The notes under the pieces were generated by a model that saw nothing but the letters and a program-made list of their open reading frames with translations, was not told where the DNA came from and did no database searches. A DNA stretch of 64,000 nt, from contig JBLNCQ010000070.1 of assembly GCA_050260815.1 (NCBI GenBank), positions 10,518 through 74,517 of the forward strand. The letters are read 5' to 3'. Positions 48,570 through 58,589 of this stretch are shown here, piece after piece. Every line of letters begins with the position of its first letter. Within the stretch, counting starts at the first letter, position 1. This DNA comes from Bacillota bacterium. Lineage in GTDB: Bacteria; Bacillota; Sulfobacillia; JAMDAP01. Both the position numbers and the translations under genes were made by a program.

Positions 48570-48584
48570 ACAGCACCTCAAACC

Positions 48585-49649
48585 CTACAGCTCCGCCGGC
48601 CCGATGATGGACAGGTCCGACCCGGCCAGGTCCACGACAATCGGCGTCTGGCTAAGGCGGCGACCGGCGGGATCGCGCATCAGGCGCACCTGCGGGCGGT
48701 AAAAGTCGGCGACGTTCACGGACACCACCAAGGCCACGGAATGGTCGCTCAAACGCACCACGGTAGCTGGTGGATAGGGCACCACAAAGCTGGTCAGCCG
48801 GCGGATGAAGATCTCGTCCAGCTTGGTCCCGGCCTGCTCGTGCAGGATGCGCAGCCCGGCCTCAGGGCTGAGCCGGCTGCGGTAAATGCGGTCGCTGGTG
48901 ACGGCGTCGTACACGTCGGCCACGGCCACCAGCTTGGCATATTCGATGATGTCCTGGCCCTTCAGGCCGCGCGGGTAGCCGGTGCCATCGAGCCGCTCGT
49001 GGTGCTGGAAGGCCACATGGGCCACCATCAGCCCCACGTCAAATTGGCTGCGAAGGGTGTTGAACCCCAGTTCCGCGTGCTTCTTGACCTGCTCGAACTC
49101 CGGCGCGGTCAGCTCACCCTGCTTCTGCAGGATCTCCTGCGGAACCAGGCACTTGCCGATGTCGTGCAGGAGGGCCCCGGTCCCCATCTCCAGAAGCTGG
49201 CCCCGGCTGTATCCCAGGGTGCGGCCCACCATCAGGGACAGGATGGCCACATTCACCGAGTGGGCGAAAGTATACCCGTCGAGCGACTTCAAGTCGATCA
49301 TGCCGACGACCAGGTCCTTGGCCGCCATGATCTCGTCCACCAGGTTCTCCACGGCGCGACACACCGATGTCAGGTCCGGCAGCCTCTCCTGGGGAATCTG
49401 CGACATGACCTTGTGGATGACCTGCACGGCCTCCATACGCGTCTCCTGCTGCACCACCGTGGGAAGGTCAATGTCGTCGGCCACGCCGTCGCTGACAAAG
49501 ACCGCCGTGTGGCCGAACTCCTGCAGTTTCTTGATGTACGAGCCCTGCAGGGTGACGCCGGCGGACAGCAGAACACGACCGTCCGGTGAATAGACGGTCT
49601 TGGCCAGGCGCATTCCGGATTCGATATGCGGCAAGTCTACGACTCTCAT
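48585..49649 (-). CDS. HD-GYP domain c-di-GMP phosphodiesterase-type protein with N-terminal sensory domain
   Basis: 354 aa; HD motif ALLHDIGK, HHERLDGTGYP (the GYP motif), metal-binding histidines. N-terminal roughly 120-aa uncharacterised domain. Confidence 0.85.
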   Translation of the reverse strand: MRVVDLPHIESGMRLAKTVYSPDGRVLLSAGVTLQGSYIKKLQEFGHTAVFVSDGVADDIDLPTVVQQETRMEAVQVIHKVMSQIPQERLPDLTSVCRAVENLVDEIMAAKDLVVGMIDLKSLDGYTFAHSVNVAILSLMVGRTLGYSRGQLLEMGTGALLHDIGKCLVPQEILQKQGELTAPEFEQVKKHAELGFNTLRSQFDVGLMVAHVAFQHHERLDGTGYPRGLKGQDIIEYAKLVAVADVYDAVTSDRIYRSRLSPEAGLRILHEQAGTKLDEIFIRRLTSFVVPYPPATVVRLSDHSVALVVSVNVADFYRPQVRLMRDPAGRRLSQTPIVVDLAGSDLSIIGPAEL

Positions 49650-49723
49650 AACGAAATCAGGGATTCGCCGCTATTCGACAAATCCCTCTTGAACAAATGA
49701 GTTTTGTTATTGCGAACCCAGAG

Positions 49724-50749
49724 CTAGAGGTTCATGACCCCACGGAAGACGGTCACAGCCTGCCCCCCGACCCGCACTCCGGAGATCGCCGCGGCCGGTG
49801 TCCAGCGCCCACCGAAGTCCTCCAGGCGGTCCTGGTCCACCTCCACCTGAATCTGGCTGGGGCGACCCAGGGTGTGGCCCTGCTCCATGAGCATCCGCAC
49901 GGTCCCGGCGCCGGCAGACGGGGTCTCAGCCGGCGACGCGAACGGGGCGGGCGACGTCATCGGGGCCATCGGGGCCGGGGCCAGCCGGTTAAGCACCAGG
50001 TAGGCGCCCAGGGCGCCGTTGGCCGTCCCGGTGGCGGATTCCTCCGGGATGCCCACCGTGGGGGCGAAATCGCGGGCCTGGGCCGTGGCCTGGGGGGACT
50101 CCGTCTCCAGGGTGAAGGGGTGGACGCTCACCAGGTCGTTGGCGGCCATGAACTCCCGCAGGTGCGCCATGTCGGGCCGGCAGCGCCGCAGGGCGTCAAG
50201 GCCGTTCAGGGGCACCAGCAGGTCGGGTACACCCGTGGAGATGACCTGGGCGGGGGCGTGGGCCTCGCGGATGTCGGAAGGGCTCAGGCCCAGAACTTCG
50301 GCCACCACGTCGGGGTCCACCTCGGTGGCGATGACCCGCGGCAACTGCTGCGACATCATCACCCGCTGCACACGGCCCTCCCGACAGTGGATGCGCACGG
50401 CCAGAACGCCGGCGCGGGTCTGCTGGTGGAGGAGCGTCTCACCGTCCGGGTTGAGCGACTTCCCGGTGATGGCCGGGATCAGCCCCTCCTGGGCCAAATA
50501 GAAGAAGGTGCCGATGGTGGCGTGGCCGCACAGGTCGATTTCCTGGGTGGGCGTGAAGAAGCGCACCCGCAGGTCGGCCCCGGGCTGCGTGGGTGCGCAG
50601 ACGAAGGCCGTCTCCGACAGGGCCATCTCGCGGGCGATGCGCTGCATGAGGTCGTCCGTCAGCGCGTCGGCCCGGGGCACCACCCCGGCGGGGTTTCCTC
50701 CAAAGGGGACCGACGTAAAGGCGTCCACCTGAGCAATGTCCAGAAGCAC
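49724..50749 (-). CDS. PhzF family isomerase/epimerase-like protein
   Basis: Start set to GTG at 50749, with AAGGAGG 7 nt upstream, instead of the 80-aa-longer track ORF that overlaps the neighbour. N-terminus LLDIAQVDAFTSVPFGGNPAGVV is the PhzF signature. Confidence 0.8.
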   Translation of the reverse strand: MLLDIAQVDAFTSVPFGGNPAGVVPRADALTDDLMQRIAREMALSETAFVCAPTQPGADLRVRFFTPTQEIDLCGHATIGTFFYLAQEGLIPAITGKSLNPDGETLLHQQTRAGVLAVRIHCREGRVQRVMMSQQLPRVIATEVDPDVVAEVLGLSPSDIREAHAPAQVISTGVPDLLVPLNGLDALRRCRPDMAHLREFMAANDLVSVHPFTLETESPQATAQARDFAPTVGIPEESATGTANGALGAYLVLNRLAPAPMAPMTSPAPFASPAETPSAGAGTVRMLMEQGHTLGRPSQIQVEVDQDRLEDFGGRWTPAAAISGVRVGGQAVTVFRGVMNL

Positions 50750-50766
50750 GAGGCGGGGCCTCCTTG

Positions 50767-51519
50767 CTAAACTCCGTTGAGCCCCCGGGGCAGGAACGGC
50801 ACCGCCAGCAGCACCATCGAGATGACCAGGGCCACCACCACGGCCACGGTGAAGAACAGCGGCAGGACCAGCACCAGGATGGCGCGGCCGGTGCCGAAGC
50901 GGTAGTTGGCGCGCAGGGCGATCACCTGCAGCACTAGCACCCACAGCTCAATGGCCAGGCTGATGGGCGTGGCCAGTCCGCGCCAGACGAGGGCGGTCAG
51001 CAGCGTGAGCGGCGCCAGGAACAGCTCAGGGATGCGGTAGAACGCGCCCAGGGTAAAAAGGTCGGCGGCGCGTCCCTGGCCGCCCAGCCACTCGGCGAGC
51101 AGGTGCAGCACCGCCGCCCCCACGATCCACAGAAGGACGGTCACCACCAGGTAGATGGGCGTGAGAAAGCCGGCAATGGAGCCCATCATGGAGCCCAGGC
51201 CGGCATCGGTGAGGCTTTTCTCCAGGGCCGGCAGGCTGGCCAGGCCGCCCACCGCCAGGATAAGGGCATAGAGAACCAGGGCCATCCCGGCCGGCGGCCG
51301 CGCCGCCAGGTCCTCAAAGGTGGCCCGGGGCGAGAACAGAACCCCGTAGATGTCGTCCAGGAACCGCGCCATGGCGGAGTCCTTGGGGGCGTCGCCCCAT
51401 AGGTGAGCCCGCGGCGAATCCGGCGCGGTTGGCCTCTCCGCCGCGCTCTGCGCACCCGTCACACTCGTCGCATCCGACACCTGGGCCCGGGCCGCCACTT
51501 CCTTCTCTTCGTCCGTCAT
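50767..51519 (-). CDS. Yip1-domain membrane protein (second copy)
   Basis: 250 aa. A hydrophilic N-terminal 50 aa, then 5 TM, with the Yip1-like LFSPRATFEDLAARPP entry motif. It resembles 28568..29299, which has MTEPRATFEALRAKP. Confidence 0.65.
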   Translation of the reverse strand: MTDEEKEVAARAQVSDATSVTGAQSAAERPTAPDSPRAHLWGDAPKDSAMARFLDDIYGVLFSPRATFEDLAARPPAGMALVLYALILAVGGLASLPALEKSLTDAGLGSMMGSIAGFLTPIYLVVTVLLWIVGAAVLHLLAEWLGGQGRAADLFTLGAFYRIPELFLAPLTLLTALVWRGLATPISLAIELWVLVLQVIALRANYRFGTGRAILVLVLPLFFTVAVVVALVISMVLLAVPFLPRGLNGV

Positions 51520-52562
51520 TTGCCGGCCGCCCCCCCTTCCAGCAGGTTTTGCAGCAGCACGGTGTCCAGGCCGAAGGGCGTGTTCCGAAGCCGGGCCACG
51601 CCGCCCAGCAGGCTGGGCAGGCCGTCCCTCAGCCCCAGCCCCTGCAGCAGCTGCTCCAGGGGGGAGATCGGCTGCATGTCCACGGTGCTGTAGTCGTGCT
51701 CAATGCCCGCCAGTTCGGCGGCCTTCTTCACGGCGTCCTCAAAGTTGCCCAGGCCGTCCACCAATCCCAGGTCCTTGGCCTGTCGGCCGGTGAACACGCG
51801 GCCGTCGGCCAGTTGGCGGACCTGATCTTCGGGGAGGTGGCGGCCCTGGGCCACCACCTGGACGAACTGGTTGAAGATGTCGTCCACCATCGCCTGAAGA
51901 ATGGTCTCCTCCTCCGGCGTCATGGGGCGCGTGGGCGAGCCGATGTCCTTGTGGGCGGCGCTCTTGATGGTCACGGAGCGCAGCCCCAGCTTCTTATACA
52001 GCTCTTCGTAGTTCAGGAGGTCCATGATCACGCCAATGCTGCCCGTTTCCGTGGCGGCGTTGGCCATGATGTAGTCGGACTGCGCGGCGACCCAGTAGGC
52101 TCCGGAGGCGGCCACATCCGCCATGGAGACGACGACCTTCTTGCCTTCCTGTCGCAGCTTCTGAATCTCGCCGGCGATCTCCTGGCTGGCGGCGGCGGAG
52201 CCGCCCGGGCTATTGACCCGCAGGACGACCGCCTTGATGGCCGGGTCATCCTTGGCGTCGCGAAGCTGGGCCATCAAATCATCACTGCCGGCAATGGCGC
52301 CGCCGAACACGTCGCCACCGCTGCCACCGGCAGAGATCACGCCGGTGATGTAGACAATGCCGATCTGATTGCCGCCGGCTGCGCCCCCGGCGCCCAGGAA
52401 GCCTGAGCCGCCCCGGCCGCCGCGGCCCAGCAGGGCCACCGAGCCGATGGCCGAACCGATCACCAGCACCAGAACCAGCACCACAATCCAGACCCGATTG
52501 TTCAAGGGTTCGCCCTCCTGACGGGATCCGCGGGGCCGGGGTCCGTGGGGCGGACCGCCCAC
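51516..52562 (-). CDS. sppA: signal peptide peptidase SppA (36K type, S49 family)
   Basis: N-terminal TM, then IGIVYITGVISAG...AVVLRVNSPGGSAAASQEI...VVSMADVAASGAYWVA; the catalytic Ser/Lys are in context. The exact start is uncertain. Confidence 0.8.
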   Translation of the reverse strand: MGGPPHGPRPRGSRQEGEPLNNRVWIVVLVLVLVIGSAIGSVALLGRGGRGGSGFLGAGGAAGGNQIGIVYITGVISAGGSGGDVFGGAIAGSDDLMAQLRDAKDDPAIKAVVLRVNSPGGSAAASQEIAGEIQKLRQEGKKVVVSMADVAASGAYWVAAQSDYIMANAATETGSIGVIMDLLNYEELYKKLGLRSVTIKSAAHKDIGSPTRPMTPEEETILQAMVDDIFNQFVQVVAQGRHLPEDQVRQLADGRVFTGRQAKDLGLVDGLGNFEDAVKKAAELAGIEHDYSTVDMQPISPLEQLLQGLGLRDGLPSLLGGVARLRNTPFGLDTVLLQNLLEGGAAGK

Positions 52563-52571
52563 GCCGCGGCG

Positions 52572-54263
<1,692 letters not shown>

Positions 54264-54264
54264 T

Positions 54265-54342
54265 TACAAACACAAAGACCGGGGGCCGTCGAAAGGGCGG
54301 CCCCCGCACTTCATTTTAGCCTGAGATTTTGGAGTGAGTCAA
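54265..54342 (-). promoter_or_regulatory. pyrG promoter plus leader terminator (candidate CTP-sensing reiterative-transcription attenuator)
   Basis: On the minus strand: TTGACT (54337-54342) - 18 nt - TAAAAT (54313-54318). About 7 nt later the G-run CGGGGGCCG begins the hairpin CGGGGGCCG cccuuucga CGGCCCCCG (54280-54306), followed by GUCUUUGUGUUUG. The loop contains CCCUUUC. Confidence 0.45.
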
Positions 54343-54366
54343 GAAGACCGGGCAACCTTGCCCCGG

Positions 54367-54831
54367 CTACTCCCACTCGTCTCCGTCCAGGTCGTGAGCG
54401 GGGTCCGGCTCTTGGGCCAGGCTGTCATCTTCTTCGTCTCGATATTCCTCATGCTCTTCCTCATCGCGCTCGCGGAAGTCGTCCTCGGTCTCTTCGTAGT
54501 CAAGGAAGAGGCGGGGCGACTTGGGGACGCTGGCGCCGGCCTTGCCGGAGCGAGGCTTCACCGGGCGGGGCGCCGGTTTGGGCGCCCAGTCCCTGAGCCC
54601 CCATTCACCGTGGCCCTTGTGGAAGAAGCGGGAGTCCAGGTTGATCTCCGTGTGAATCTGGGCGATGACGCGCCCCTGATTTTCGACGGCAATCGACTTG
54701 GCCTGGAGGATGGAGTCGATCAAATCCTTATAGTACATGGCTTGGCCCCGATTTTTCAGGATGCTGTAGGCCATGTCCGTGACCGACATCTCGCGGCTCG
54801 GTGCCGTAGGTGTCTGGGAACCGCGGCTCAT
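54367..54831 (-). CDS. rpoE: DNA-directed RNA polymerase delta subunit
   Basis: N-terminal HARE-HTH-like domain (MSVTDMAYSILKNRGQAMYYKDLIDSIL...) and a long acidic D/E C-terminal tail. Classic rpoE-pyrG synteny of Firmicutes. Start chosen at ATG 54831, with AAAGGAGG upstream. Confidence 0.8.
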   Translation of the reverse strand: MSRGSQTPTAPSREMSVTDMAYSILKNRGQAMYYKDLIDSILQAKSIAVENQGRVIAQIHTEINLDSRFFHKGHGEWGLRDWAPKPAPRPVKPRSGKAGASVPKSPRLFLDYEETEDDFRERDEEEHEEYRDEEDDSLAQEPDPAHDLDGDEWE

Positions 54832-55210
54832 GCTGGGCACACGCCTCCTTTTTGGACGGTAAACCATTCTATTCCCGCCCTGGTTTTCCTGCTGCACCGC
54901 TGTTGTTCCACAAGCGAATTTTTTCAGGCTCGCGAATGGCTCCCGAGGTCGGATTCTGGCGGCCTCTGGCTCCTTTGTGGAGAATCGTGGTATCTGTCTC
55001 TGAGAGCCAGCAAATTGGATGATGTCTGTGGAGTTGTCGGGTGGCTGTCCACCCGGCAGGGTCAGGACGAATCATGGGCGCTCGTGCCGTTCTCTGCCGG
55101 ATGATGACATAATCACCTGTATGGTAAAGTTGTCACGTGAACGCTGTTTGTCCGGATTGCCGGCCGACATCCCCGGACGGACGGTCAACCTCAACGAAAG
55201 GTGGGTTCTC

Positions 55211-55969
55211 ATGCACCACTACAAGAAGACCATCAGTGCCTTCCTTGCAGCGCTGTTCGCCGTTGCCGCAGTGTCCGGTTCGGCGCTGGCCGCTCCGGCT
55301 GTTGCCGCTGCTGCCGCCGTTCCGGCCGCCGCCGCCACGGAGGCCACCGCCCCTGCTCTCGATGCCGATCTGTTGGACGAGATCCCCTCTCTCACCGACC
55401 TCTCCTCCGCTATCTATGACTCCCGGCTTGAACTGAACATGCTGGCGGCCGATGCCGACCAGTTCGGCCCGGCTGACCCGGATCAGGCCGCGATTGCACC
55501 GGCTGACGACACCGCCCTGCCTCCCGTGACCCCGACCAACGACGCGATCCAGCCCGCTGACGGCACCCAGGCCGCGCCCGAGCTCATGTACTCCTCGACC
55601 CGTGCACAGCGCGTCATCGCACACGCCCGCACCCACATGGGCGACCCCTACAAGTTCGGCGCTGAGGGCCCCCGGTACTGGGACTGCTCCTCCTTTGTGC
55701 AGCACGTGTACAGGCAGGCGGTCGGCATTTCGCTGCCCCGTACCTCGCTGTACCAGTCCCGCCGCGGCACCTTCGTGTCCAAGGCGAACCTCCGCCCCGG
55801 CGACCTGGTCTTCTTCAAGAACACCTGGAGGGCCGGCGTGTCCCACGTGGGCATCTACATCGGCAACCAGAAGATGATCCACGCCTGGCCCGGTGCCGGC
55901 GTGACCATCGGCGACATGAGCCGTCCCTACTTCGTCAGCCACTACTGGGGCGCCCGCCGCGTCCTGTAG
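55211..55969 (+). CDS. NlpC/P60 (C40) family cell-wall peptidase, secreted
   Basis: Signal peptide, an Ala/Pro-rich linker, and a C-terminal C40 domain with catalytic YWDCSSFVQHVY...HVGIYIGNQKMIHA. RBS GAAAGGTGGG. Confidence 0.85.
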   Translation: MHHYKKTISAFLAALFAVAAVSGSALAAPAVAAAAAVPAAAATEATAPALDADLLDEIPSLTDLSSAIYDSRLELNMLAADADQFGPADPDQAAIAPADDTALPPVTPTNDAIQPADGTQAAPELMYSSTRAQRVIAHARTHMGDPYKFGAEGPRYWDCSSFVQHVYRQAVGISLPRTSLYQSRRGTFVSKANLRPGDLVFFKNTWRAGVSHVGIYIGNQKMIHAWPGAGVTIGDMSRPYFVSHYWGARRVL

Positions 55970-55983
55970 TTCTCTGATCGTGC

Positions 55984-56014
55984 GCAGGCCCGCACTCGTT
56001 GAGTGCGGGCCTGC
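55984..56014. terminator. bidirectional terminator hairpin between convergent genes
   Basis: Perfect 13-bp stem gcaggcccgcact cgttg agtgcgggcctgc, lying between stop 55969 (+) and stop 56020 (-). Confidence 0.5.
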
Positions 56015-56019
56015 CGGCT

Positions 56020-56805
56020 CTAGCCGAGGCCGGCTGGGGCGGCACCGGGGGCGGGGGCAGCGTCGCCAGCACGACCGCTGTCCTGCCGCCGGATCAGCTC
56101 TTGCACCAGGAAGGATCCCACCTCAGAGGCAACGGTGCCGGGGCCGAACCCGGCGTCGTAGCCCAGCTCCACCGCCAGCTCGTGGCTGATGCGCGGCCCG
56201 CCGCAGATCAGGACCAGGCGGTCGCGAAGGCCCTCGGCCTCCAGAAGGTCGACCAGCTCGGTCAGGTCGGTGACGTGGATGTTCTTCTGGGTGACCACCT
56301 TACTGACCAGGATGGCGTCGGCGCCGACTTCCACGGCCCTGGCGACCAGGGCCTCGTTGGGCACCTGGGAGCCCAGGTTGTGCGTGATGAAGGCGGGGCT
56401 GGACTCCAGGCCGTAGTGGCCGTGGAAACCCTTGCGGTTCATGATGGCGTCGAGGCCCACGGTGTGGGTGTCGGAACCGGTGCAGGCCCCGACCACCACC
56501 AGGGGGCGGCCGAGCTTCTCCTGGGCCAGGGCGGTGACCTCGTCCATGGTCAGGTGATGGTAATCGGCCTGGGCGGCCTGGAGGTCGTCCGTGTCCACCT
56601 CGTGTCGGCAGGAGCCGTAAAGGATGAAGAAGGTGTAGCCGACGCCCATGTCCTGGTGATGGACCACCAGCGGGTTGTCCAGGCCCATGGCCAGGGCGAG
56701 GCGCCGCGCGGCTTCAACCGCCTGCGGGCCGTCGGACAGGGGCAGGGTGAAGCTGACCTGGACCTTGCCGTCACCGGTGGTATCGCCGTAGGGCTTGATC
56801 TTCAC
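56020..56805 (-). CDS. kamE: L-beta-lysine 5,6-aminomutase beta subunit (B12-binding)
   Basis: 261 aa; MKIKPYGDTTGDGKVQVSFTLPL N-terminus, then a B12-binding Rossmann domain (VVGACTGSDTHTVGLD). 4-nt overlap with kamD. Confidence 0.8.
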   Translation of the reverse strand: MKIKPYGDTTGDGKVQVSFTLPLSDGPQAVEAARRLALAMGLDNPLVVHHQDMGVGYTFFILYGSCRHEVDTDDLQAAQADYHHLTMDEVTALAQEKLGRPLVVVGACTGSDTHTVGLDAIMNRKGFHGHYGLESSPAFITHNLGSQVPNEALVARAVEVGADAILVSKVVTQKNIHVTDLTELVDLLEAEGLRDRLVLICGGPRISHELAVELGYDAGFGPGTVASEVGSFLVQELIRRQDSGRAGDAAPAPGAAPAGLG

Positions 56806-58526
56806 TGGGCGGCCCCCCTTTCGGCGAGGTCGGCGGTGGCGCCGGCGGAGGCAGGGACGGGGCCGGATCCGCCCCGGACCCGGATGGCCGCCTCGGCGTC
56901 GGCGTGCGCCTGGCGCAGGGGCTCGGGCAGCATCAGGTAGGGGAACGGCCCGAGGTAATCGGGGCCCTTGGCGACAACGCCGTCCAGGCCCTTGCCGCCG
57001 TCGACCGAACGCTTCATGCCGGCGAACAGGCCCTGTTCGATGGCCTGCATCAGGCCAACGCGCTCGATCTCCTCCAGCAGGTCGGTGGCGCGGTTCAGCA
57101 CCAGTTGGGCCCGCTGCTGCACGCGGCCGCCGGGCTTGAAGGTGATCTCCTCACCCAGGTGGCGGGCGTTGTTGACGATGTAGCGGAAGTTCTCGATGGA
57201 AAGGTAGCGGTCCTGGAGGAACGGGGTGTGGATGGCCTCGGTCAGCATGCCGACCAGGTGGACGTGCTGGTCGGTCATGACGGAGACCAGGTTGTGCATG
57301 GCGTCCAGCAGGTGGCCCTGAAAGATGTTGCCGGTCATGTGGCGGGTGGGCGGCATGTACTTGAGCGGTGCGCCGGGGAAGATCTCGCGGGCCATCTGGG
57401 CCTGGGCCAACTCGTGAAGGAAGCCGTCCTCGATGGTCGGGTCCATCTGGAAGGCGTGGCCAAGGCCCATCTGCTCGACGGGCAGGCCGGAGCGCAGGGC
57501 GAACTGCTCGTTGATGAACTGGCTGGCCAGCACGGTGTGGGCGGCCTCGTAGGACTCGGTGGTGGTGAGATAGTTGTCCTCGCCGGTGTTGATGATGATG
57601 CCGGCGTAGGCGTTGAGCATGCGGGAGAAGTGCTGGTCAATGAAGGTCCGCCTCATGTTGATGTCGCGGAAGAGGATGCCGTAGAGGGAGTCGTTCAGCA
57701 TCATGTCCAGGCGCTCCAGGGCGCCCATGGCGGCGATCTCGGGCATGCACAGGCCGGAGGCGTAGTTGGTCAGTCGGACGTAGCGGCCGACCTCCTCGGA
57801 GGCCTCGTCCAGGGCCTGCCGCATGATGCGGAAGTTGGCCTGGGTGGCGTAGGTGCCGGCGAAGCCCTCGGTGGTGGGGCCGTAGGGCACGTAGTCCAGC
57901 AGGCTCTGGGCAGTGGAGCGGATGACGGCGATGACGTCGGCGCCCTGCTTGACGGCGGCCCGGGCCTGCACCACGTCCTCGTAGATGTTGCCGGTGGCCA
58001 CGATGATGTAGAGCCAGGGGGTGGCGGGGTCGCCCAGGCGGCGGATGCGCTCATCGCGTTCCTGCCGGTTGCTGCGGATCTTGACGGCGGCGGTCTCGGC
58101 CAGGGAGTAGGCCAGGTCGTGGATGGCGCCGTCGTCGACGGGCTTGACCTGGATGAGGTTCAGCGCGCCGCGGCCGACGGCCTCAGCCACTTCCTGCGCC
58201 GATAGCTCCAGCCGCAGCATGGCGTTGCACAGCCAGTAGGCGGCGCCGCGGGACAGGGCACTGTGGGGGCCGCCGGCTCCGCCCGCGATGGTGACGGGAC
58301 CGGACGGGGAACTGACCTGGCCGGCCATGATGTTGTCGACCACGCAGTTGGGCAGCGGCACGCCGTCTGCGTCCACGCCGTTGACGTCCAGCAGCCGCAG
58401 GATGGCACGCTCCGTGGAGGTGGTGGTGTGCTGGTCAATATAGGCCTGAACCTGGCCGGTGATGCGGCGTGCTGCGTCCCGGGCACGGCGGATCTGGCCG
58501 GGGTCGAGGCCGAGCTGGCTCTGCAT
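56802..58526 (-). CDS. kamD: L-beta-lysine 5,6-aminomutase alpha subunit (PLP-binding TIM barrel)
   Basis: 574 aa; ...TERAILRLLDVNGVDADGVPLPNCVVDNI... and the overall KamD/OraE-like architecture. Confidence 0.8.
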   Translation of the reverse strand: MQSQLGLDPGQIRRARDAARRITGQVQAYIDQHTTTSTERAILRLLDVNGVDADGVPLPNCVVDNIMAGQVSSPSGPVTIAGGAGGPHSALSRGAAYWLCNAMLRLELSAQEVAEAVGRGALNLIQVKPVDDGAIHDLAYSLAETAAVKIRSNRQERDERIRRLGDPATPWLYIIVATGNIYEDVVQARAAVKQGADVIAVIRSTAQSLLDYVPYGPTTEGFAGTYATQANFRIMRQALDEASEEVGRYVRLTNYASGLCMPEIAAMGALERLDMMLNDSLYGILFRDINMRRTFIDQHFSRMLNAYAGIIINTGEDNYLTTTESYEAAHTVLASQFINEQFALRSGLPVEQMGLGHAFQMDPTIEDGFLHELAQAQMAREIFPGAPLKYMPPTRHMTGNIFQGHLLDAMHNLVSVMTDQHVHLVGMLTEAIHTPFLQDRYLSIENFRYIVNNARHLGEEITFKPGGRVQQRAQLVLNRATDLLEEIERVGLMQAIEQGLFAGMKRSVDGGKGLDGVVAKGPDYLGPFPYLMLPEPLRQAHADAEAAIRVRGGSGPVPASAGATADLAERGAAQ

Positions 58527-58589
58527 GGGTGATTCCTCCTCGTCGGAGTGTCGGGGTGTGGGTCTCAGCGGTTGCCCGGGGTGCGGGTT

